From positions 112,160,001-112,224,000 of the forward strand of contig NW_024704742.1 of NCBI RefSeq assembly GCF_018977255.1: a stretch of DNA of 64,000 bases, written 5' to 3'. Source of the stretch: Callorhinchus milii (lineage: Eukaryota). The notes under the pieces are model-generated. The model was given only the letters and a program-made list of their open reading frames with translations. It was not told the DNA's origin and did not search any database. This document shows, one piece after another, positions 38,758-49,745 of this stretch; position 1 is the stretch's first letter, and each line of letters begins with the position of its first letter. The position numbers and the translations under genes are program-made.

Positions 38758-41616
38758 GCAAAAGGCAAAGTACTGCAGATGCTGGAACTCTAGTATAAAC
38801 ACAGAAGTTGCTGGGAACACGCAGCAGGTCAGGCAGCATCTACGGAGAGAGGAAAATGAGTTAACGTGGCGGTGGGGAGGCCCTCCTCTCCAAAGCTTCC
38901 CTTGGTCTTACCCCCTGTTTCTCTGGCTGCTTCCCCTCTTTTGAGCACCTCATCCTCTTCCATCCCTCTCGCCCACTGAAAATCTTTCTGGTCTACCACA
39001 CCCCTAAGCCCCCCGGCTCCTTCCTCTCTGTCATATCTACTCTCCTCTCTTCCCTGTCCGTCTGCTCCAAACGCCTGCTCATAATGGGCAATTTCAATCT
39101 CCACCTAAACTTCCCTTGTGCCACATCTTCTGACTTTACTGCCCTCCTCTCCTCCCTAAACCTCACCCTTTACATTAATTCACCTACCCACAACTGTGGC
39201 CATGCCCTCAACCTTGTCATCACCCATGGCCTTGACATTTCCCACCTGAGCATAGTGGACAAGGCCATCTCGGACCACTTCCTCATCTTCTCCTCTCATA
39301 TCCCTCTCTTCTCCACCAAGCCCTCAACCATACTCTACCTCCCGTGGAAAAGGCTACCCCTGAGACCCTCACAAAGGCCCTCACATCCTCCAATATCCTA
39401 TCCCTCTGGCCTTCCACCCACAGAGATCCTGAAGCAGCCATCCAGCTGCTTCATGATCGCCTCTCCTCCATCTTCAACTCTCTCGTCCCCCTGAAATCCA
39501 GGACCATCTCCAAACCCACCCAATCCCTCTGGTATAACAGTCATCTCCCCTCCCTAAAAAATCCAAACCCAGTTGCTTGAGTGCAGAGGGCAGAAAACTG
39601 GCCTGACAGTTCACTACCAACTATGCCTCGAGCATCTCCACAGCTACCGCCGTTCTTTGACGCGTGCAAAACTGCCTCCTACTCCAACATCATCTTGGAG
39701 GCAAAAAATAATCCCAAAGTCCTTTTTTCCACCACCCACTACCTCCTCCGTGTGCCCCCTCAGGCCTCCTCAATCTTCACATCTAATGTCAAGTGCGAGG
39801 AGGTCATGGACTTCTTTTCAACTACCTGCATCTTGTCACCCACCACCAACCCCTCTCCGTCCCCCTCACCCGCCCCATCATCAGCTCCTACCACAGCCCC
39901 CATCCTACATTCCTTCCTCCCCATCTCTCCTTCCTCCCTCTCACCCACCATCATTTCAATGAAACCCACCACCTGCTGCCTCGACCCCCTCTCCACCAAC
40001 TTGCTGGTCACCCAGCTCTCCCTCCTTTGCCCACTACTGGCTGATGTCATCAACCAATCCCTCTCTGGATCAGTCCCTGCCCCCCCCTCAAAACTGCTGT
40101 CATCAACCCCCTCCTCAAAAATCTTTCCTTCCCTAGATCCCTCAAACCCTAGCTACTACCGCCCTATTTTAAACTTGCCCTTCCTCACCAAAGTCCTAGA
40201 ACGTGCTGTTGCCAATCAACTCCACGCACACCTCTCCTCCTACTCCCTCTTCAAACCCCTCCAGTCCAGCTTCCACCCTGCCCACAATACAGAGACTGCG
40301 CTTGTGAAAGTCTCAAACGATATCCTCTATGTCTGTGACCAGGGCTCCCTCTGCCTCCTTGTCCTCCTGAACCTCTCTGGCGCTTTCAACACAGTCGATC
40401 ATGCCATCCCCCTCCACCGCCTTTCCTCCATCATCCACCTCAGTGGGACCGCACGTGCCTGGTTCGAGTCCTACCTCATGAACTGCCAGCAGTACATCCG
40501 CACAAACAGCTTTTCCTCCCGCTCTCACCCGGTTAGTTGCGGGGTACCCCAAGGATCCATCCTTGGGCCTCTCCTCTTCCTAATCTACATGCTCCCTCTT
40601 GGAGATGTCATCCGCAGACATGGGGTACACTTCCACATATATGCAGATGACACCCAACTCTATTTTTCCACCTCACTTTGCAACCCCCAGTCCCCTGATA
40701 TTCTGTCAGCCTGCCTGTCAGACCTCAGGAGCTGGATGAGCACAAAATTCCTTCAGCTAAATATTGACAAGAAGGAAACCATACTCTTTAGATCTCGTCA
40801 ACGTCTTAAATCATATGATTCTCACCTCCTCCACCTACCCGACCTGCCCCTAAAACTCTCCAAACTCGTACGCAACCTAGGCATCAGGTTCAACCCCCAA
40901 ATATCCTTCCTCCCCCACATCCGGTCTCTCACAGCACCACCTTTTTCCACTTCCGATGCATTGCCCATCTCTGCGAATACCTCACCCCAAAAGCCGTCGA
41001 AATCCTGGTGCATGTCTTTGTCACCTCTCGGCTGGAATATTCAAATGCCCTCCTCACCAGTCTCCCCTCAACTACCATTCATAAAATCCAGGTCATCCAG
41101 AACTCAGTCGCTCGCATTCTTACCCATACCAAATTCCGCTCCCCGATAATCCTAGTCCTTTCCAGACTGCACTGGCTGCCTGACCCAGAGAGGATTGACT
41201 TCAAGATTCTCACCCTCATCTTCAAATCCCTCCACTTCTCTGCACCCCCCCTACCTCTGACCTCCTCTCTCCTCACAACAGTACCCGTTGCCTTCGCTCC
41301 ACTGGGTCTGGCCTCCTCCTTGTCCCCCGAATTCTCCGGTACACCCTCGGCAGCCGTGCCTTCAGCCACTACACCCCGAGGCTCTGGAACTCCCTTCCTC
41401 ACTCCTTTCGTCTCACTCCCTATTTTCAGGTCTCGGCTGAAGACCTTTCTTTTCAACCTCGCCTTTGGTCACCTTCCTCCCCCTCCCCCTGGCTCGGCAC
41501 CGGGATCCGTTACTGCAAAGTGTTCTGAGACACCGTCCGGCGTGGAGGGCGCTATATAAATCCAAGTTGTTGTTGTTATTAACGTTTCAGGTCAATGATC
41601 ATTTGTCAGAACTATT
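38758..41616 (-). mobile_element. ~141-bp Penelope-type hammerhead-motif element split by an L2 (parts 38758-38867 and 41586-41616)
   Basis: The two halves rejoin at the L2 TSD ttaacgt; outer direct repeat gaatgctgggctaa / gaaagctgggctaa (38744-38757, 41617-41630). Confidence 0.75.
38868..41578 (+). mobile_element. L2 LINE subfamily B, disabled ORF2
   Basis: [46 protein letters not shown]; (GTT)n tail; 7-bp TSD ttaacgt at 38861-38867 and 41579-41585. Confidence 0.95.
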
Positions 41617-41669
41617 GAAAGCTGGGCTAAATCGGTAAATCAGTTGAGTTTAGAACCCCAAACGTCAAA

Positions 41670-41735
41670 CTCAGGCTGTACAGTGCTCTGATCAGACCAC
41701 ACCTTGAATACTGCATACGGTCTAGTTTGCCTGAC
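41670..41735 (+). mobile_element. CR1 remnant
   Basis: ctgtacagtgctctgatcagaccacaccttgaatactgc encodes LYSALIRPHLEYC. Confidence 0.6.
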
Positions 41736-42940
41736 TTTTTTTTAATGGGTTCCCTAAATAAGGAATCAGAGTCATGCAAATGAGTGCTCTATCTGGTAAT
41801 TGGAAAGTCTTTGCCAATCTTTGCTCCAGAGTGGAGTTTCAAGGAGTTAATAAGAATCTGTTAAAAACGACTTCAAATTACACCCAATTATTACTACTCT
41901 ACTGTTCTATATAAGTGAAAGTTGTTGTTGTTCTCTATAAAACAAGTATAACAGCAAACAATCCAACAAGGTCAACCAGGATTGGCTTGAATCACATTCA
42001 GCATCATCCTGCTACTAGATGGAAAACTTACTAACAGAGGTGAGATTGCTCACTAATTTTCTTCTTTCTTGCTTCAAGAGGAAATAGAGAAAACATGGCA
42101 GATAACTGAGGAACACATCATGCATTGCAATTGTCCACTGAACCATAAAGTGAATGCATTTAGATGTTTAATTCCCGTTTGTCACTTATTCTGCATAAGT
42201 GGAGCACTGGCTGAAATCACGTCATTGGGGATGAAAGAAATGGAAGATGGATCTCATAACATCTGCCGTTGCTTGTGCCCATCCCTGAACCACTTGAGTA
42301 AAATTACACTGGCAGTGATGTGAAAGCATGCCAGTGGCTAAAGTAAATTTTATTTGATCCTAAAAATGTTGTTTCTGATGCAAGCTGCCAGCTCCCTATT
42401 AGTTCTGCAATGCTGAGACCTCATGTTTCAGTGACTTCCACCACCCCCTGCTGTTCAACAGAATGGTTGAAAAATCTTTCTGCAACAACATTACAATTTT
42501 TTTTTAAATTTGCTTTTCTTCTCTGTTCCAATTTTATTTCTCCAAAATGTCTCTCCTTACCCCTCCTTCCCTGAAAGCAACAATTAATTATGTTGAACAC
42601 TTGCATGGAAGTTCAGACCTTCATACTTTCCATTAGAGATAATCTATGAGGCTTATTATGTGTTGTCCATTCTATTGCCAAGTATGTCACCTTGGAACCA
42701 TCTTAACTTCAAGGAAACCCCACTTACTTATCTGTCTCGTTCTCTTCCCCCCACCGAGAACAGCAAAAGCAGTCAAAAGGTATTACTGATTGGGAGGAGG
42801 AATTCACCCCAAGGCCAGTGATAACTATTGACTGCATTAGACTGCAGTTTGGTCAATATCTGATCTCTCATTTGATCAGGTACCATTGATACCATTACAT
42901 TTCCGATTCTTCCCCTCTCCCCCAAACCCCATTGTATGTC

Positions 42941-43343
42941 ATAATAATAATCCTTGCATTTGATATAGCACCTTATCATGTCTTCCATATGTCTCAAAGC
43001 GCCTCACAGAATATACTGTAATGTGATTGACTGTATATTTTGTGGGCAAAACTCGGGCAGCCAATTGCACACAGCAGTATACCACAAACAGTCGTGCATT
43101 GAGTGATCAAATTATTATTTTGTAAAATGTATTTTTGAAGGGATAATTATCCCCAGAAAAGCAATCCACCAATCGACTAACAACCAGGTTCCTACTTATT
43201 GCTAGGTGAACAGAGACATGTGGAGTAAGGAAACTAGCCCAATGTTTCACCCTGCCTTGGAATCGAACCCAGGTCCTCTCAAATGCAAGGCGAGTGCACT
43301 AGCAATGTACTACAGGAAGCTACAACATGCTACAGGACTCCAC
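42941..43343 (-). mobile_element. tRNA-SINE, long subfamily, full length
   Basis: (AAT)n tail through to ggactccac head; carries the extra internal segment. Confidence 0.9.
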
Positions 43344-43409
43344 ACTATTTGAAATAGCAAACAAAATGATAAGAGAATAATGCATTTTTAAATAGCATAT
43401 AATCAGCCT

Positions 43410-43720
43410 TTTTTGAGGTGAGTGTCGACTGTGAGCACTGGAGGCTTATCACCATGGAGGATACCACAGGTAAGCCCAATCCTATCTCCATCCAATGCCT
43501 TCATATATACACGCTGTTTCTCCAGGGAACAATAGAATACAATCAAAAGCAAGAACTCTGGCTGTTTTTATTCCCATCCTATTACATGGCAACTTGTAGT
43601 GTTTCTCTACTGATTCAACTGAAGTTGACTGAAATGGCATAGATTGAGATTTGAACCTGGATGCCTTCATAATTTATTACACATAAGCACCTCGCCATTC
43701 AGGGCATTTATGCATTTACT
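43410..43720 (-). mobile_element. Very old tRNA-SINE-like fragment
   Basis: Reverse-complement B-box gatttgaacctgg near 43650; weak similarity to 930-1170. Confidence 0.4.
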
Positions 43721-43871
43721 CAGTGGGACCAAAGGAGAAACTCTTGATAATTTCTGAATAGTTTAGAGATGGATATTTAAAAAACTCTCTAAGGTATAGA
43801 TTCCCTCTGAGATGTTAAAATGAACACAAAATAGAAGATGCATGTTCCTATGTTGGCCCATGTCCTATGTT

Positions 43872-44193
43872 GTGGAGTCCTGTAGCTCAGTGGTTAGAGC
43901 ACTCGCTTTGCAAGTGAGAGACCTGAGTTCAATTCCAGGCAGGGCGAAACCTTGGGCAAGTTTCCTTACTCCACACGCCTAATAATAATCCCTCCAAAAC
44001 AAAAACAATAATAAATTGGTCATTTTCAATCTACGACTGTTTGTGGGACATTGCTGTGCGCAATTGGCTGCCGCGTTCGCCCACAAATATACAGTCAATT
44101 CACTTTACAGTCTATTCTGTGAAGCGCTTTGGGACGTCCTCCCGACGTGAAAAGCGCTATATCAAATGCAAGGATTATTATTATTATTATTAT
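43872..44193 (+). mobile_element. Young tRNA(Ala-like)-derived SINE, full length
   Basis: A-box TAGCTCAGTGG, anticodon-like ctcgcTTTGCAAgtgag, B-box GTTCAATTCC, L2-like tail, (ATT)n; possible TSD tatgtt at 43866-43871 and 44194-44199. Confidence 0.95.
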
Positions 44194-44605
44194 TATGTTG
44201 GTACATATTCCTATTGGACTCTCATGTAAATAGTTGCTCTATCACTCCTTCAATGATTGAGTCCCACCTAAGTACAGGTAAAATAGAATCACACATGATA
44301 GTGAAATTCATATTTGTGTCTTTGCACAGATAGTTGGTGAAATAGATGCCTGTTGGAGGTGGCTAGAACTAAGACATTTCTTTCTCTCTGTAAAGATATT
44401 TGACCGTTTTCCTTTTATTCAGCAAGAGGCTTCAAATCTGATCTCAATTTGAGTTTACCAAAATTCCACACCTCACATCTTATAGCATAGATGGGGTTAT
44501 TTGAGACTAATTGCAATTGTAATGTATTTAGGATTTATTTAGTATTTAGAATTGTAGTATTCATGATTGTAAATTTATTTATTTATAAATTATTTAGCAT
44601 TTACT

Positions 44606-44980
44606 GTGGAGTTCTATAGTTCAGTGGTTGGAGCACTCGCCTCAAAAGTAAGAGACCTGGTTTTAATTCCCAGCGGGGCGAAATGTTGGGCAACTTTCCT
44701 TAATCCACATGCCTCTGTTTACCTAGCAATAAGCAGGAACCCGGTTATTAGTCGATTGGCGAATCACTTTTCCAGGGGTAATAATTCCTTAAAAAAACAA
44801 TAAATTGGTCACTTCAATCCATTTACTGTTTGTGGGACACTACTATGTGTAATTAGCTACCACGTTTCGCCCACAAAATATAGTTAATACATTTTACAGT
44901 ATATTCTGTGAAACGCTTTGAGACGTCTCACAGACGTGATAAAGAGCTATATCAAATGCAAGGATTATTATTATTATTAT
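44606..44980 (+). mobile_element. tRNA-SINE, long subfamily, full length
   Basis: Same head and tail as 43872 plus an internal segment ctgtttacctagcaataag...ccaggggt. Confidence 0.92.
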
Positions 44981-45140
44981 TCACAATTATAGTGCCCCTA
45001 TACTATATAATTATAGTGTAGCTGGGGTACTATAAATGTAAATAATAATAGGTGACCTTTCAAGTCACCTAATTTAACACAGATTGGAATTTGGATCTGC
45101 ATCTGTATGGTCTTGTGCTGCACTCTTACCTAATAATACC

Positions 45141-45478
45141 AACAACAAAATTACATTTATAGAGCACCTTTCACGTTGGGAGGACGTCCCAAAGCATTGA
45201 ACAGTCAGATGTTGGGGCCTGAGCATGGGGAGGGGTGGTGTAGGGGTGAGGGAAGGCAGAGAGATGGGAAAGAGACCAAAGGCACGGTTGAAGAGAAGGG
45301 TCTTGAGACCGGCCTTGAAGGATGCAAGGGAGAAAGCGAGGCGAAGGGACCGTAGGATGGAGTTCCAGAGTTTGAGGGCAGAGAGGCTGAAAGCCCGGCC
45401 ACCGATGGCATTCTGGGAGACATGGAGCAGGCCGGAGCCTGATGAATGGAGGGAGCGGGGAGGTTGGTAGGGAGGTCA
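45141..45478 (-). mobile_element. L2 3' end
   Basis: gaccggccttgaagga...gagttccagag...gaggctgaaagcccggccaccgatgg matches subfamily A. Confidence 0.9.
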
Positions 45479-45529
45479 AGACCGTCTACAGCTCTAATGC
45501 CACAGCTGTTCCTTTCAAACAGTAAACAC

Positions 45530-45795
45530 TGATCTGCTTCATGTCTCCTGCCTTTTCCACCCCATCATTGGCAGATAAGCTTTCAGCATTCTGACCCTAC
45601 TCTATGGAACTCCATGCTGGAAACCGTCCAGCTTGCTTACTCCCTTCATTGTAAAAGGCTGCCTCAAGATGTACCTCTGCGCTTTCTCCTACTGACTCTC
45701 CTCGGCTCGCAAACCCCAGCTTTGGTGAACGGCCAGCAGTGAGATACTTTGAGATATCCTCCCAATGTGAAAGGTGCTATATAAATGTAAATTGT
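45530..45795 (+). mobile_element. Old L2 3' end
   Basis: gctttcagc...tggaactcc...gtgaaaggtgctatataaatgtaa. Confidence 0.65.
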
Positions 45796-45906
45796 AATCC
45801 ATTGTAAGGCAGCGCAAAGAATTTAGTGGTGATTTAAGACACTGTTGCAGAGATAAGTTTTTGCAAAAGTGTGAAAGCAGAGAGGTGGCAAAGACCTTAG
45901 TGGTTT

Positions 45907-47885
45907 ACAACAACAACAAAATGACATTTGTGTAATACCTTTCATGTCAAGAGGACGTCCCAAGCTGCTGTACAGACAGAGTTTTGGATCCGAGCTGGGG
46001 GTCGGGATTGAGGAGGGTGGAGGGCGGGGGGGGAAGCAGGCAGATCGAAAGCACAATCGAAGAGGAGGGTTTTGAGATGGGTCTTGAAGGAGGCAAGGGA
46101 AGGGGTGAGGCGAAGGGACTGTGGGATGCAGTTCCAGAGGGTGGGGGCAGAGTGGAGGAAGGCCCGCCCACCAATACTGGAACGAGTGAGGCAGGGAATG
46201 TGAAGCAGGCTGGAGCCCACTGAGCGGAGAGCGCGAGCAGGGTGATAGGGGGTTAGGAGGTCACAGAGGTAGTGGGGAAAGCAAGACCATGGAGGGTTTT
46301 GCAGGTGAGGACCAGGACCTTGAACTGTACCCTCTGTGTGATGGAAAGCCAGTGGAATTAGGTGAGGATGGGGTGATAGGGTCATGGAATCAGGTGCGGG
46401 AGAGGACATGGGCTGCAGAGTTCTGGATGATCTTCAGCCTAGGGAGGAAGGAGTTAGGGAGGATGACAAGCAATGAGTTTGAATAGTCAAGCTTTGAAGT
46501 AATGAAAGCATTTATGAGGGTTTCAGCGGCCTGCGGTGTGAAAGTGGCGGAGCCGGGTGATGTTGCGAAGGTGGGGAAGTGCAGAGCGGGTCATGGCGCA
46601 AATGTGGGGTAGAAAGGATATTTGAGGGTCAAACGAGATGCCAAGGTTCCGGACTGGCTTAGCAAGGTGGAATGTGCGACCATGGATGGTGATGCTGTCA
46701 GCACTTGAGGTGAGGAGGCGTTGACTGGAGCCAATCAAGCGAGCCTCGGTCTTGTTGATGTTCAATTGAAGAAAATTAGCTCTCACCAGGACTTGATGTC
46801 CGACAGACACTCTATAAATGTATTTTTGTTGTTGTTATTGTTGTCAAGAGTGGAGGCAGAGAGGTACAGTTGGGTGTCATCCGCATACATGTGGAAATTG
46901 ACCCCATGTCTCCGGATGATATCACCAAGAGAGATATTGTGGAGTCCTGTAGCTCAGAGGTTAGAGCACTCGCTTTGCAAGCGAGAGACCTGAGTTCAAT
47001 TCCAGGCAGGGCGAAACCTTGGGCAAGTTTCCTTACTCCACAGAGCCTAATAATAATCCCTCCAAAACCAAAAACAATAATAAATTGGTCATTTTCAATC
47101 TACGACTGTTTGTGGGACATTGCTGTGCGCAATTGGCTGCCGCGTTCGCCCACAAAAAAAAATACAGTCAATTCACTTTACAGTATGTTCTGTGAAGCGC
47201 TTTGGGACGTCCTCCCGACGTGAAAAGCGCTATATCAAATGCAAGGATTATTATTATTATTATTATTATTGAACAGGAGGGGACCAAGGAGAAAGTCCTG
47301 AGGAACGCCGCACAAATTGGTGCTGGGGCTAGGGGAGAAACCGTTTGTGGAGATGAAGTGGAGGCGGTGAGAGAGGTACGATCAGAATCAGTCAAGATCA
47401 GAGCCGTGAAGGTTGAGGTGAGAGAGGCACTGATTGAGAAAAGATTGGTCGACTGTGTCAAAGGCAGCAGAGGTCAAGGAGGATGAGGAGGCAGAGGGAG
47501 CCCTGATCACAGATGAACAGAATGTCATTTGTCACTTTGACCAGGGCTGTTTCAGTGCTGTGGGCATAAAAACCCGATTGGAGGGGTTCATGAAGGGAGT
47601 ACCGGGATAGGAAGGAACAAAACAGGGAAGCAACAACTCGTTCCAGGACCTTTTGAGAGGAAAGGGAGTTTCAAGATGGGGCGGTAGTTTGGGAGTAGAG
47701 AAGGGTCCAGGGAGTTTTTTAAGGATGGGAGTGATCACAGCGGTTTTTAATGGGGTGGGAAAAGTACCGGAGGACAGGGAGAGGTTTATGTCTGTAAATA
47801 GAGGGGCAGGGAGGTGGAGCTGGGATGTAAGGAGAGGGGTAGGGATGCGGTCGAGGGTGGTTTCATGTGGGCTTAAGAGTTCGAG
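45907..47885 (-). mobile_element. Older L2 (RT region) with nested insertions
   Basis: IGGRAF...[23 protein letters not shown] and KTAVITPILKK remnants; holds a small L2 tail (~46808-46843) and a SINE (46939-47270). Confidence 0.9.
46939..47270 (+). mobile_element. Young tRNA-SINE nested in L2
   Basis: Near-identical to the 43872 copy. Confidence 0.95.
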
Positions 47886-48014
47886 ATGACATGTTTGTGA
47901 ATTGCTGCTGATGGATTGGGTACAAAAGTACAGTCCTTCCACTTTACAGTAATCCTGACATGAAACGCACTGTACCAAATGCAAAGATTATTATTATTAT
48001 TGTAAATAATATGT

Positions 48015-48125
48015 ATTCACCCACAAAATATACAGTCAATTCACTTCACAGTACAATCTGTGAAGCGCTTTGAGACGTCTCGACGACGCGATAAGCCGCT
48101 ATAACAAATGCAAAGCTTATTAATT
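48015..48125 (+). mobile_element. SINE 3' fragment
   Basis: cccacaaaatatacagtcaattcac...gaagcgctttgagacgtc. Confidence 0.85.
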
Positions 48126-48139
48126 ATTAATAATATATT

Positions 48140-48680
48140 GCTCAGGTGATATTGATTGATCAAGTGATGAACAGGTGATGCTGCCCAGGTGTTGGGCTCA
48201 GGTGATGGAGTGAGAGACACTGTCACGTGATCTTCAGGCTCTGGTGACGGTCTCGGTTGAGAGTGAAGGACAGTGGGGCCTTTGTAGCCGCCGCGCAGGA
48301 TACAAACCGCCTGCTTTTCAGATGAAAAAATCGCCAGCTCATACGGGAGTAGGGAAGGCGAGGAAACCATTGATTTTTTTTTTAAGCAAAAAAGTAGCCC
48401 ATCATATGGCTGAATCTAATGTCTCGGTTTGGTCGGCGTGGGTGAAACGGGAGGTTGTGTTTGGTTCAGGCGGGGCTGTCCGGGGCGGGGTCCTGTGTGA
48501 CCTCTGGAGCGCGCGGCGGGGACATGGCTGTCGGTTATTTCAAACCTGTCTGAGGGCTCGCGCCCCGGCACCAGCAGCAGCACCGGCACCAGCACCAGCA
48601 CCATGGTGAGCGGCCCGGGCAGGAGGGCAGTGTCAGCAACGGATTGGGGGAGACGGGGAACAGGCCGGGGATTGTGGGGG
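48140..48680 (+). promoter_or_regulatory. CpG-island promoter and 5' UTR of TMEM161B
   Basis: Sharp rise in CpG and GC, GC boxes (GGGGCGGGG 48482-48490 and GGCGGGGC just upstream), CACGTG E-box 48224-48229, no clear TATA box; ends at ATG plus donor. TSS not determinable from sequence. Confidence 0.8.
48603..48605 (+). CDS. TMEM161B: TMEM161B coding exon 1 (initiator ATG only)
   Basis: GCACC-ATG followed immediately by donor GTGAGC (48606-48611) inside a CpG island. A phase-0 splice to 60626 gives [10 protein letters not shown]..., the TMEM161B N-terminus. Confidence 0.85.
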
Positions 48681-49745
48681 AGCTGGGATTGGGGAGCTGA
48701 GATGAGTGGTTGGCTGGGATGATGGGGGAGCTGGGATCGGGGGTGGACAGGCAAGGATGGGGGCGAGGCTTGGAAGGGTTTGGGGGGGGCTAGGAGGGGG
48801 GCTAGGGGTGTTTGGGGGGCTAGGAGGGGGGCTAGGGGTGTTTGGGGGGGCTAGGAGGGTTGGGGAGGCGGTTGAATGTGGGGGAGCTATCTGGAGATTG
48901 AGGGAGATGGAGGTGGGGTGGTTTTACAGGTCAGGGATTGAGGGGGTGATGGGGGACTGGGAGGGCACAGGAAATGGGACTAACTGGCCGGGGAATGGGG
49001 GAAACGGGTGGACTGGCTGGGAATTGGGGGGAAGACAATTGGACTGGCTGGGGGTGGGGAGATGGGGGGGTCCGGCCGGGGATGATGATAATATAATCCT
49101 TACATTTGATATAGCGCTTTCCACATCTTCTAGACGCCTCAAAGCGCTTCACAGAATATACTGTAAAGTGAATTGACCGTATATTTGTGAAAGAAAATGT
49201 TAGCCCATTTGGTTCTTTTCCCAACTTTCTGCTCTCTATTTTGGGGGAGACAGGGGCTGACACGCCGGGGCTTGATGGGGGACGGGCTGGAGATCGGGGG
49301 AGACGGAAGGATGACTGGCCAGGGGTTGATTGGGACTGTCTGGGGTTTGAGGGGGACTGACCGTGGATTGGGGGGGAGACAGGGGTACTGGCCGGGGATT
49401 GGGGGGAGATGGGGACTGGCCGGGGATTGGGGGAGACGGTGACTGGCCAGGGATTGGGGGAGGGACCGGGACTGGCCGGGGATTGGGGGAGGCACTGGCC
49501 CAGGATTGGGGGACTGGCCGGAGATCGGGGGAGGGACGCGGATTGGGGGTGGGTCGGGGATTGGGAGTGGGCCAGGAATTGGGGGGGTGAGATGGGACTG
49601 GCCGGGGTTTGGTGGGAGAGACGGAACTGGCCGGGGATTGGGTGGGGAGTCGGGACTGGCTGGGGATTGGTGGAGGTAGACGGGGAGACTTTTCAGGATT
49701 GTGCGGTGAAGGTGGGAGAGAGGACTGGCCGGGGATTGGGGGAGA
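48650..49745 (+). repeat. G-rich degenerate minisatellite at the start of intron 1
   Basis: Repeated GACTGGCCGGGGATTGGGGG(A) units (densest at 49310-49745) and a ~30-bp tandem GGGGGGCTAGGAGGGGGGCTAGGGGTGTTT at 48780-48860; interrupted by a SINE tail at 49085-49190. Confidence 0.85.
49085..49190 (-). mobile_element. SINE 3' fragment
   Basis: atccttacatttgatatagcgc...cacagaatatactgtaaagtgaattgac. Confidence 0.85.

Noticed and set aside
43872..43945. tRNA-Ala-like genes (also at 46939 and 60130-60200)
   Set aside because: SINE heads: no acceptor stem, and followed by SINE body and tail
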